Shown piece after piece: positions 49,777 through 61,928 of a stretch of DNA of 64,000 nt. The DNA is from Octopus sinensis (Eukaryota), in contig NC_043010.1 in NCBI RefSeq assembly GCF_006345805.1, positions 50,778,001-50,842,000 of the forward strand. Direction: 5' to 3'. Position 1 is the stretch's first letter. Every line of letters starts with the position of its first letter. Position numbers and translations under genes: made by a program. The notes below the pieces were generated by a model, which saw only the letters and a program-made list of their open reading frames with translations, ran no database searches and was not told where the DNA came from.

Positions 49777-51520
49777 TCATCATCATCATCATCGTTTAGC
49801 GTCCGCTTTCCATGCTAGCATGTGTTGGACGGTTCAACTGGGGTCTGGGAAGGATGCACCAGGCCCAGTCTGATCTGGCAATGTTTCTACGGCTGGATGC
49901 CCTTCCTAACGCCAACCACTCCAAGAGTGTAGTGGGTGATTTTATGTGCCACCGACACAGGTGTCAGACGAGGCTGGCGAACGGCCACGCTCGGATGGTG
50001 TTTTTATGTGCCACCGACACAGGTGCCAGACGAGGCTGGCGAACGGCCACGCTCGGATGGTGTTTTTATGTGCCACCAACACAGGTGCCAGACAAGGCTA
50101 GCAGACGACCACGCTCGGATGGTGTTTTTTATGTGCCACCGACACAGGAGCCAGATGAGGCTGGCGATCGGCCACGATCGGATGGTGATTGTTACGTGCC
50201 CACAGCATGGAGGCCAGTCGGTGCGGTACTGGCTACGGCCACGTTCGGATGGTTTTCTTGTGTGCCACCGGCACTGGTACCACAAAGATACAAATTCCAT
50301 TGATGTTCATCTATTTTGATTTTGTTTGATTTTTTGATTTTCACTTGCCTCAACAGGTCTTCACAAGTGTCACAAGAAGGAAGGTATGCACAGGTGGACT
50401 GACGACGTCCCAGGTAGGGGCCACGGGTTATGGCCTGACTAGTCTTGCCGGGTCTTCTCACGCACAGCATACTTCCATAGGTCTCGGTCTCTAGTCATTT
50501 CCTCAGTGAGACCTAAAGTTCGAAGGTCGTGCTTCACCACTTCGTCCCAGGTTTTCCTGGGTCTACCTCTTCCACAGGTTCCCTCAACTGCTAGGGTGTA
50601 GCACTTTTGCACACAACTATCTTCAGCCATTCTCGTCATATGACCATACCAGCGCAGCCGTCTCTCTTGCACACCACAACTGACGCTTCTTAGGTTCAAC
50701 TTTTCTCTCAAGGTACTTACACTCTGACGATTATGAACACTGACATTACACATCCATTGGAGCATACTGGCTTCATTTCTTGCGAGCTTACGCATGTCCT
50801 CAGCAGTCACGGCCCATGTTTTGCTGCCATGTAGCATGGCTATTCGTACACACGCATCATACAGTCTGCCTTTTACTCTGAGCGAGAGGCCTTTTGTCAC
50901 CAGCAGGGGTAAGAGCTCTCTAAACTTTGCCCAGGCTATTCTTACTCTAGCAGTTACACTTTCAGCACACCCACCCCCGCTACTGACTTGGTCTCCTAGG
51001 TAGCGGAAGCTATCAACTACTTCTAGTTTGTCTCCCTGGAACGTGGTAGAAGTTGGTCTCTGCACATTTCCAGTGTTTATTTCTCCTGAGCATCTGCCAC
51101 ATACGAAAACTATCTTCCCAGTTAGCCTACCTTTGACATTGCTGTACCTCTTATGTGTCCATAGCTTACACTTGGTGCACCTTATAGAGTTTCTACCTAC
51201 ACCTTTTTTACAGATCGAGCAGGGCCATCTACCTGAAGTCGTTTGTGGTTGGTCCACCTTCCTACTTATTAGGACTTTGGTTTTGGCTAGGTTGATTCTA
51301 AGGCCCTTCGATTCTAATCCTTGTTTCCACACCTGAAACTTCTCCTCCAGTTCTGATAGTGACTCAGCAATTAGAGCAAGGTCATCAGCATAGAGGAGCT
51401 CCCAGGGGCATCCTGTCTTGAATTCTTCCGTTATTGCCTGGAGGACTATGATAAATAGGAGGGGGCTGAGGACTGAACCTTGGTGGACCCCAACCTCTAC
51501 CCGGAATTCTTCACTGTAAT
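49777..51520 (-). mobile_element. 5'-truncated RTE-clade LINE (RT C-terminal half, PHD-like insert, 3' UTR with ~59-bp tandem modules)
   Basis: VHQGSVLSPLLF, GCPWELLYADDL, FRYLG and RLRWYGHMTRM motifs in frame. (CAT)n tail at about 49777-49792. Confidence 0.92.
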
Positions 51521-51545
51521 ACGTATATATATATATATATATATT

Positions 51546-51796
51546 CTCTTTTATTCTCTTTTACTTGTTTCAGTCATTTGACTGCAGCCATGCTGGAGCA
51601 CCGCCTTTAATCGAGCAACTCGACCCCGGGACTTATTCTTTTGTAAGCCCAGTACTTATTCTATCGGTCTCTTTTGCCGAACCGCTAAGTAACGGGGACA
51701 TAAACACACCAGCATCGGTTGTCAAGCAATGCTAGGGGAACAAACACAGACACACAAACATACACACATATATATATATATATACATATATACGAC
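51546..51796 (-). mobile_element. SINE family A, 3' half only
   Basis: Breaks at tacgac, exactly where the TIR element begins. Confidence 0.85.
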
Positions 51797-52208
51797 ACAA
51801 CTTATAAACAAGAGCAAAAGAAAAGAATTTCTAATGCCAAATACGCCGAAAACAGACACATCATTAATAACCATATAATTCATCACGAGGTGTGCTGGAG
51901 AATTTCTATTTTGGATATATTTGGGGTACTTAATTGTGCTCATGACTTAGTGTTTGCTTCTTCCATGGGTATAAGTAAGTATTTCATTTATTTCTTTGCT
52001 GCATTTATCACTGACGAAGAGAAGGTTCTTATGAATTAACTCTGAAATCAGGTCCGATATGATAATAACGGAATTTTTTAGTAATATCTGTCGGCTTTCT
52101 TCGAGACGCGTGCTTATAGTGATGAATTATATGGTTATTGACAATGTGTCTGTTTTCAGCATATTTGGCATTAGAATTTTTTTTCTTTTGCTCTTGTTTA
52201 TAAGTTGT
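51797..52208. mobile_element. Unclassified ~412-bp element with ~90-bp imperfect TIRs
   Basis: acaacttataaacaagagcaaaag...tataattcatcac is inverted at 52119-52208. No TSD seen. Confidence 0.7.
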
Positions 52209-52285
52209 TTATAAATTTAACCTTTAAAGGTATTCTTTAATATGCTGGCCATTGATAGTTTTTCGAAAACTTTTATCCTATGTTA

Positions 52286-52329
<44 letters not shown>

Positions 52330-52372
52330 TAAACATGTATATATATATATATATATACATATATGGAGCACT

Positions 52373-52760
52373 GGATGGAAGCACTCCGTCGGTTACGACG
52401 ATGAGGGTTCCGGTTGATCCGATCAACGGATCAGCCTGCTCGTGAAATTAACGTGTCAGTGGCTGAGCACTCCAGAGACACGTGTACCATTAACGTAGTT
52501 CTCGGGGATATTCAGCGTGACACAGAGAGTGACAAGGCCGGCCCTTTGAAATACAGGTACAACAGAAACAGGAAGTAAGAGTGAGAGAAAGTTGTGGTGA
52601 AAGAGTACAGCAGGGATCACCACCATCCCCTGCCAGAGCCTCGTGGAGCTTTAGGTGTTTTCGCTCAATAAACACTCACAACGCCCGGTCTGGGAATCAA
52701 AACCGCGATCCTATGACCGCGAGTCCGCTGCCCTAACCACTGGGCCATTGCGCCTCCACT
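52373..52760 (-). mobile_element. SINE family C with 12-bp TSD
   Basis: TSD atatggagcact at 52361-52372 and 52761-52772. Homolog of 16009-16385. Confidence 0.88.
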
Positions 52761-52814
52761 ATATGGAGCACTAAGAGCACCATCTGAGCGTGATCGTTGC
52801 CAGAGCAGCTAGAT

Positions 52815-52973
52815 GGTAGATATACATGTATATATATATATATATATGTGTATATATACATATATGAATATATACATATATATATATGAATATATACATA
52901 TATATATATGAATATATGCATACATATATATGAATATATACATACATATGAATATATACATACATATGAATAT

Positions 52974-53019
<46 letters not shown>

Positions 53020-53043
53020 GTATATATACATACATATGAATAT

Positions 53044-53074
<31 letters not shown>

Positions 53075-53150
53075 TATTACATATGTATATATATATACAT
53101 GTATATATATGTATCTATACATATATACATATATACACATATGTATATAT
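52815..53150. repeat. Compound (TA)/(CA)/tatgaa microsatellite
   Basis: Direct reading of the sequence. Confidence 0.9.
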
Positions 53151-53929
53151 ACAGGGTGTACAAAGAACAATAAGGATTACGTTAGGATACATTTGAAATA
53201 CTTAGTATATATATGTTTACTATGTGTGTATATAATAAAAATGTCTATATATTCTCAATACCTTGCCAATAGGCCTCAAACAACTATGAAGCATAGATGT
53301 GTCAGTGATCTGAGAAGAAGTAGAGAAATTTTTATCTTAGAATGCATATCAAAGCGGGAAAAGCAAAGAAGGGTAGTTCTATCCAACTCACTCCTTCATC
53401 AGGAATGATTTTAGAAACTGGACCAGGATGTAAGTCACAAATAAGTATTATCAGTAATGGGAGTGCTACATGTTAGTCACAGCTTCTGACTGAAAATGTT
53501 AATAGAATATATATGCATATATGGGTGCAGGACATCACCAATGGTACAAATAACATTCACACGAGAGATAAATACAAGACGTGGACAGTTCTTACAGAAG
53601 AAAAATGAGTGAAATATGTAAACAATGAGAAAAAAATGGAAAACAGGACAAGTTAACAGAGAAAAAGGACCCTTCATCAGTTGTCAGCTGTCTATCAGCT
53701 CCTCATTTCGAGCATTCAAACGACAATATGAGTCTTGAAAAACAGTAGCTCCCATAAATTCTAAAATAAAATTTAGGATTTATGGAGGGTCAAAGTTGGG
53801 AACTAAAAAAATAACAGTGGAGACATACAAGGAAACTGAATGAAAACAGACATGCAGAGTCGTTAGACTGGAATGAAAGGAGAATAGTGAATGCTGGGAA
53901 AGACATTTTTTGAAAAGAGAAAAGATAGC

Positions 53930-54085
53930 AGAGAGTGGTTGGTGTTAGGAAGGACATCAGGCCATAGGAAACCATGCCAAATCAGACTGGATCCTGGTGC
54001 ACCATTCCAGCATGCCAGTTCAGTCAAACTGTCCAAACCATGCCAGCATGGACAGCGGACGTTAAATGATGATGATAGTGATGAT
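53930..54085 (+). mobile_element. RTE-LINE 3' tail copy, diverged
   Basis: ttaggaaggacatc...catgccagcatggacagcggacgttaaatgatgatg. Confidence 0.7.
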
Positions 54086-54102
54086 ATATATATATGTGTG
54101 TG

Positions 54103-54164
<62 letters not shown>

Positions 54165-54184
54165 TACATATATATATATATACA

Positions 54185-55367
54185 CAGAGGGGTTGGACAA
54201 AACAATGGAAACATCTTAAAATTTCCAACAAATTTATTTTATTATGGGGTAGGACCACCTTTGGCAGTAATTGCTGCTTGAATTCTATGAAATATGGACT
54301 CATACAAAGTTTGAATTGTTTCCAAAAGTAGTTTTGTTCATTCTTCAGCTAAAACAGTCTCCAGTTCTTGTAGTGATGATGGTGGAGGATATTGACTCCA
54401 TACTTGTTTTTCAAAAATGCACCATAATGTTCAATAATATTGAGATCTAGGGACTGCGGTGGCCAGACAAGATGTTCAACTTCACTAGAACATTCCCCGT
54501 GCCATTCAATAACAACTTTTGCTGTGTGAATTGGTGCATTATCATCCTGAGAGATTGCGTTTCCCTCCAGAAACAGTTCCACAACCATAGGATGAATTTG
54601 ATCAGATAAAATGCTTAGTCTTGACTATTAATTCTGCCATGAAGGAAAACCATTGGGTTAGCAAATTTCCAAGATATAGCCCCCCCCCCCCCCCCATTCG
54701 CACAGATCCTCCTCTGTGTTTAACAGCTGGAAGAAGGCAGTCTGGATCAAATGCTTCTTCTGGCTGTCTCCACACATATACATGACTGCTGCTCAAGGGA
54801 CCAATTCTGTAGGTTTTTACTCCACTCTAAATGCTTTGCAACATTTGTTTTTGAAAGTAGTGGTTTTCTGATTGCAGCCCTCCCATGAAATCTGGCTTTG
54901 TGCAACTCCCAGCAAACAGTTTTTGTGGAAACTGGGTTCTCAATGTGGTCATTAAGCTCTGCAGTAATTTTGGGAGCTGTATTTTTGTGATCCTTTCTAA
55001 CAATTCACTTAAGAGACTGACGGTTCCTATCTGAAAGTTTTGGTTTTCTTCTGGAATTTTGTTTCGATGAGGAGGTTTTTCCCTCTTTCTCAAAGGCTGT
55101 CATCACTTTTGAGACAGTACTGCTTGATACACCAAACATTTCGGCAGTTTTCGTTATGCTAGCACCTGCCATGCGAGCACCAACAAGTTACCTTGTCATT
55201 TTAATGAATTTTAATTATCTTTTTCTGGTAATATGTGAAAAGAAACAGCAATTTTAGCAAAACATTAAATCAAAAAACATAAAAATAAACAAGCATTTGA
55301 CGGTTTCATAGATATTTCAAAATTATAATGCTATGATGCTAGGTGTTTCCATTATTTTGTCCAACCC

Positions 55368-55370
<3 letters not shown>
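54185..55370 (-). mobile_element. Tc1-like transposon, decayed, both TIRs present
   Basis: TIRs ggggttggacaaaacaatggaaaca and tgtttccattattttgtccaacccctg. Frames give VKHRGGSV, QDDNAPIH and WPPQSLDLNIIE. Confidence 0.88.
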
Positions 55371-55402
<32 letters not shown>

Positions 55403-55405
55403 TAT

Positions 55406-55450
<45 letters not shown>

Positions 55451-55584
55451 AAAAATATATATATATATATACATATATTAAAAAAAATATATATATACAT
55501 AAAAAAAATATATATATATATACATATATAAAAAATATAATATATATATAATATAAATATATATATATATACATATATAAAAAA

Positions 55585-55621
<37 letters not shown>

Positions 55622-55804
55622 AATATATATATATAACATATATAAAAATATATAATATATATATATATAAATATATATATATATTGTTATATTTCGGAAT
55701 GGTCATATTGCCAGTTAGCCAATAAAAACACACGCACTATATATTTGGTGTTATTTTGCTTCAGTGTTATTTATAAAAAATCTTGCACAACAAATATTTA
55801 AACG

Positions 55805-55839
<35 letters not shown>

Positions 55840-55940
55840 TATATATTATATATATATATATATATTATATATATATATATATATATAATATATATAAATA
55901 TATATAAATAAATACATATATATATAAATACATATACATA

Positions 55941-56230
55941 TACAGTGGGGGGAAATAAATATTCGTACATGTCAAAATTCTTTATTTATTTAATTTCTAA
56001 TGAACATAAATGGGATATACCAAAACTATATTTGCATACACATGCATAAACTAAGAATATGCAAAAGAAACTAATAAATTATAGTAACTAATGAATTTAT
56101 ATACAATTATAAATATTTAGGGGTGAAAAAAGTATTTGTACAGAATAAATGTATGATTTTCTATGCCATAAAATACTGTTAAAATAATTTTTTTACTAGA
56201 ACTTTCTCGTTTGTTCCAATAATCTTATCA
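55941..56230 (+). mobile_element. Possible end of an IR/DR-type Tc1 element
   Basis: TA-cagtggggggaaataaatattcgtaca, with a related ggggtgaaaaaagtatttgtaca about 175 bp inside. Confidence 0.4.
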
Positions 56231-56439
56231 GTTGTCATTTTTAAGTGTCAAAACGCTAGCTTCTTCATTCAGCACTGAGACAACATATATAATGCATGTG
56301 TATATACATATATATATATATATGGTATGTATATACATATATATATACATATATATATGTATATATAAATATATACACATGCATACATATTTGTATCTGC
56401 CTGTATGTATATACATACATACATGTGTATTTGTGAATA

Positions 56440-58520
56440 CATCATCATCATCATCATCGTCGTTTAACGTCCGTTCTCCATGCTAGCATGGGTTGGACGG
56501 TTCGACCGGGGTTCTGGGAAGCCAGAAGGCTGCACCAGGCTCCAGTCTAATCTGGCAATGTTTCTACAGCTGGATGCCCTTCCTAATGCCAACCACTCCG
56601 TGAGTGTAGTGGGTGCTTTTTACGTGCCACCTGCACAGGTGCCAGGCGGGGCTGGCAACGGCCACGGTCAGATTGGTGTATTTTATGTGCCACCGGCACG
56701 GAAGCCAGTCGAGGCGGTGCTGGCATCGGCCACGAGTCGGATAGTGCTTTTTACGTACCACCAGACCAGGGATCCTGGCTGGTTCAATTCGATTTCGATT
56801 TCGCTGCCCCAACATGTCTTCACAAGCAAAGGGGGTTGGCATGGGTGCCTGTCGTACGGTCGCATTGGAGTATTTTACGTGCCACGGCCACGAGTCGGAT
56901 AGTGCTTTTTACGTACCACCAGACCAGGGATCCTGGCTGGTTCAATTCGATTTCGATTTCGCTTGCCCCAACATGTCTTCACAAGCAAAGGGGGTTGGCA
57001 TGGGTGCCAGTCGTACGGTCGCATTGGAGTATTTTACGTGCCACGGCCACGAGTCGGATAGTGCTTTTTACGTACCACCAGGCCAGGGATCCTGGCTGGT
57101 TCAATTCGGTTTCAATTTCGATTTCGCTTGCCCCAACATGTCTTCGCATGGGGGGTTGGCATGGGTGTCTGTCGTCGGATGAGGTTCTATATCGACTTCG
57201 CTTGCCTCAACCGGTCTTTGTGTCCAAGGGAGGAAAGGCATTCATAAGTGGGCTGGGCTCACTTGTCCTGCCTGGTCTTCTCACGTACAGAATATTTCCA
57301 AAGGTCTCGGTCTCTGGTCATTTCCTCAGTGAGGCCTACAGTTCGAAGGTCGTACTTCACCACCTCGTCCCAGGTTTTCCTGGGTCTACCTCTTCCACGG
57401 GTTCCCTCAACTGCTAGGGATTGGCACTTTCTCACACACCTATCTTCATCCATTCTCGCCACATGACCATACCAGCGCAATCGTCTCTCTTGCACACCAC
57501 AACTGATGCTTCTTAGGTACAACATTTCTCTCAAGGTGCTAAGGCTCTGTCGAGTATGTACACTGACATTACACATCCATCGGAGCATACTGGCTTCATT
57601 CCTCACGAGCTTACGCATGTCCTCAGCAGTCACGGCCCATGTTTTGCTGCCATGTAGCATGGCTATTCGTACACACGCATCATACAGTCTGCCTTTTATT
57701 CTGAGCGAGAGGCCTTTAGTCACCAGCAGAGGTAAGAGCTCCCTAAACTTTGCCCAGGCTATTCTTATTCTAGCAGTTACACTTTCAGCGCACCCACCCC
57801 CACTACTGACTTGGTCACCTAGATAACGGAAGTTTTTTTCTGCAGATTTTCGGAGGTTAATGCTCCCGAGCATCTGCCACATACAAAAACTATCTTCCCA
57901 GTTAGCCTACCTTTGACATTGCTGCACCTCTTATGTGTCCATAGCTTACACTGGGTACATCTTATAGAGTTTCTACCTACACCTTTTCTACAGATCGAGC
58001 AGGGTCATCTTCCTGAAGATATTTGTGGATTGTCTACCTTTCTACTTATTAGTACTTTGGTTTTAGCTAGGTTGACTCTAAGGCCCCTTGATTCTAAACC
58101 CTCCTTCCACACCTGGAACTTCTCCTCCAGTTCTGATAGTGACTCAGCAATAAGAGCAAGGTCGTCAGCGTAGAGGAGCTCCCAGGGACAGCCTGTCTTG
58201 AATTCCTCCGTAATTGCCTGGAGTACTATGATAAATAGGAGGGAGCTGAGTACTGAACCCTGGTGGACCCCAACCTCTACTTTGAATTCTTCTGTGTACA
58301 TGTTGCCAACCCTAACCTTACTTACGGCATCTCTGTACATGGCTTGCACAGTCCTCACCAGCCATTCATCTATCCCTAGTTTCCTCATTGACCACCATAA
58401 GGGATCGGGGGACCCTATCAAAAGCTTCTCTCCATGTCAACGAAAGCCAGGTACAGGGGCTTATCTTTGGCTAGGTATTTCTCCTGCAGCTGCCTTACAG
58501 GAATATAGCATCAGTGGTAC
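56440..58520 (-). mobile_element. 5'-truncated RTE-clade LINE with frameshifts and a ~45-bp deletion; 3' UTR with ~158-bp tandem units
   Basis: ORFs 58005-58421 and 57259-57882 are paralogous to the 50-kb copy. Units start ggccacgagtcgg at 56728, 56886 and 57045. Confidence 0.92.
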
Positions 58521-58544
58521 ATATATATATATATATTATACACC

Positions 58545-58753
58545 ACACACACATATACATATATATAAACATACATGTGTATTTGTGAATATAATATATA
58601 TATATACATGTATTATATATATAATAAATTTATATATATACATATATATATATCAATTTATCTAAATATACGTGTGTGGATAATATAATATATATATATA
58701 TTATATAATGTATGTGTATATACATATAGTGTATGTGTATGTATATAATATAT

Positions 58754-58789
<36 letters not shown>

Positions 58790-59036
58790 AACACATGCAT
58801 ACATATTTGTATCTGTCTGTATGTATATACATACCTACATGAGTATTTGTGAATACATTATATATATACACACATATACATATTATTAGATACTTACATG
58901 TGTATTTGTGAATAATATATATATACATGTATTATATTATATATATATATTATATATATATATATATAAATTTATATATATACATATATATATCAATTAT
59001 ACATGTATATCTAAATATACGTGTGTGTGTATATAT

Positions 59037-59069
<33 letters not shown>

Positions 59070-59121
59070 AATTTATATATATACATATATATATCAATTT
59101 ATAATGTATATCTAAATATAC

Positions 59122-59190
<69 letters not shown>

Positions 59191-59341
59191 GTATATTTAG
59201 ATATACATGTATAAATTGATATATATGTATATATATAAATTATTATATATAATATATATATATATTATATATATATATATATACACACACACGTTATATT
59301 TAGATATACATGTATAAATTGATATATATATTGTATATTAA

Positions 59342-59383
<42 letters not shown>

Positions 59384-59790
59384 CATGTATATATATATTA
59401 TATTCACAAATACACATGTAAGTATCTAAATATATGTATATGTGTGTATATATATATATGTATTCACAAATACTCATGTATGTATGTATATACATACAGA
59501 CAGAGATACAAATATGTATGCATGTGTTTATATATATATATAATATATATATAATATATATATAATATATATATATACATACACATACACTATATGTATA
59601 TACACATACATTATATATATATATATATATATATATATAATCCACACCCGTATATTTAGATAAATTGATATATATATATGTATATATAATAAATTATATA
59701 TATATATAATACATGTATATATATATATTATATTCACAAATACACATGTATGTATTTATATATATGTATATGTGTGTGTGTGTGTATATA
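58545..59790. repeat. Imperfect ~1.2-kb palindrome of compound microsatellites centred on (TA)n near 59155
   Basis: Landmarks gtatttgtgaata, gcatacatatttgtatc and acgtgtgtggat reappear reverse-complemented and in mirrored order. Confidence 0.7.
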
Positions 59791-59796
59791 TATATA

Positions 59797-60038
59797 TATT
59801 TCTACAGCTGGATGTCCTTCCTAATGCCAACCACTCCAAGAATGTAATGGGTGCATTTTACATGCCACTAGCACAGGGGCCACAGAGGCTGGCATCGACC
59901 ACAATTGAACGATGCTTTTTATGTGCCACCAGCACGGTGACCACAACTACAATTTCCATTTGATTTTATGTGTGTATATATATATATCATCATCATCATC
60001 TCTCTCTCTATATATATATTCACAAATACACATGTATG

Positions 60039-60088
<50 letters not shown>

Positions 60089-60331
60089 CATACATGTGTA
60101 TTTGTGAATATATATATAGAGAGAGAGATGATGATGATGATATATATATATACACACATAAAATCAAATGGAAATTGTAGTTGTGGTCACCGTGCTGGTG
60201 GCACATAAAAAGCATCGTTCAATTGTGGTCGATGCCAGCCCTCTGTGGCCCCTGTGCTAGTGGCATGTAAAATGCACCCATTACATTCTTGGAGTGGTTG
60301 GCATTAGGAAGGACATCCAGCTGTAGAAATA
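59797..60331. repeat. 535-bp near-perfect palindrome centred on (TA)n
   Basis: ORFs 59912-60208(+) and 59919-60215(-) translate identically. Only a 1-nt indel was seen between the arms. Confidence 0.92.
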
Positions 60332-60719
60332 CTGCCAGGTCAGACTAGAGCCTGGTGCAGCCTCCTGGCTTCCCAGACCCCAGACTTAAAGTGATCATTT
60401 CTCGTTTGATGAGAATATATTTTTCAATAATTAACAAATAACTATGAAAAATTCCAGCTTCATCAAAGAGCCAACTTTATGATCAAATACCTTTTCCTGA
60501 GTATATTTTACCCATGGCCATATATGCTTTTATAGAAAACTAGAAATGAACAACATTTCTTGTTATGATGATACTCATTTATAATCATGTTATGTCAAGG
60601 CAAAGGTACACACAGACAGACATGTACATATTCTTAGATGGTGATGATGATGAAAGCATGATTTCGCAAATTTCGCTCATACCTAGGTTAGAGGTATTAT
60701 GCATGAGAAATGATTTTAG

Positions 60720-61000
60720 TGAAATTTTGACTTATGTAAGAGACTGCACCAGGTAAAAACCTTATGCTTTTGATATTTGTGAGAAATTAATCATCCACAG
60801 TCACAAAAAAAAGACCATATTGTAAAAACACAAAGAAAAACACAGTAGTAAAAAGTGATACAAAAACATGCTAAGTTTTACCTCTTTGAATTTTGTGATT
60901 TAGTATTCAAATGAAATATAGAAAAGCACAAAGAAGTTCATATGAGGGGAAAATCTTTTAAAACTGGAATTGTTGGAATCATATTTTCTGAAAGATCCAG
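60720..61000 (+). pseudogene. Heavily decayed C2H2 zinc-finger remnant
   Basis: aaaccttatgcttttgatatttgtgagaaa (KPYA.DICEK) and HKEVHMRGKSFK-like codons. Confidence 0.45.
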
Positions 61001-61089
61001 CAGGAAATTCTTGGATTCTATAGCAAAGACACAGAATAGTTGTGTCAGGAACAGATTACGCAAAGCAAGTAATAAGTATTGGGCAAATA

Positions 61090-61500
61090 TGGAGTGGCTG
61101 GCGTTAGGAAGGGCATCTGGCTGTAGAAACACTGCCAGATCAGACTGGAGCCTGGTGCAGCCCCCTGGCTTCCCAGACCCCGGTTGAACCGTCCAACCCG
61201 TGCTAGCACGGAAAACGGACATTAAACGATGATGATGATGCTTTCGTTTCATCCGGTAATAAGCATAGGTCAGACTCGAAATGCAGACTATTTCAAACTG
61301 TTTGTCGACGTCGTCATCGTTTAACATCCTCCTTCCATGCTGGAGCCTGTGTCTGTTTTGGCATGGCTTTTGATGCCCTTCTTAACACAAACCACTCCGT
61401 AGAGTGGGCTGAATGCTTTTTACGTGGCACTCACATGGGCAAGGCCAGTTTTGGCACAGTTCTTATAGCTGGATGTCTTTCAAACGCCAACCCCTTTGCA
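61090..61500. mobile_element. Two RTE-LINE tail copies arranged tail to tail (61090-61240 +, 61305-61500 -)
   Basis: Both match the LINE 3' UTR family. Confidence 0.75.
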
Positions 61501-61527
61501 TATTTTAGTAATTAGAGCTAAAGACAC

Positions 61528-61928
61528 GGTACTACTAGCGAACAGTGGTCCCGGTGCGCGCATCCGCGCTAGCTAGTCGTAAGTAGTAGATCCTACGACT
61601 TTTTAACCCTAACCCTAAGCTTAGTTTGTTTATAATAATAATTTATTTACTGAGTTTAAAATATTATTTACTTTGTTCGAAAAATATTTAATTTGTGTAA
61701 AAAAATTATATACATAGTTTTAAAAAATAATTTATTTATTTAGTTTTAAAAAATATTTACTTTGCGTTTTATTTACTTTGTTCGAAAAATATTATTTAAT
61801 TTTCTTTGATATGTATTCAGCCTTGAAATACAAACATACGCACAAGTCGTTGTAGGATCGACTACTTACGACTAGCTAGCGCGGATGCGCGAGTGCGCGC
61901 ACCGGCACCACTGTTCGCTAGTAGTACC
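61528..61928. mobile_element. Non-autonomous DNA transposon, Merlin- or MULE-like, 9-bp TSD
   Basis: About 70-bp TIRs ggtactactagcgaacagtgg / ccactgttcgctagtagtacc. TSD taaagacac at 61519-61527 and 61929-61937. Confidence 0.85.

Noticed and set aside
53560-53800. Third CUGAUGAAG motif (minus strand, about 53672-53680)
   Set aside because: No stem II followed by GAAA downstream, so a hammerhead cannot be assembled. It is probably a repeat fragment.
52733-60215. Many long ORFs rich in Y/I/C/V/H/T, including identical pairs on both strands
   Set aside because: They are translations of (TA)n, (CA)n and (TATG)n microsatellites and of the palindromes, not genes.
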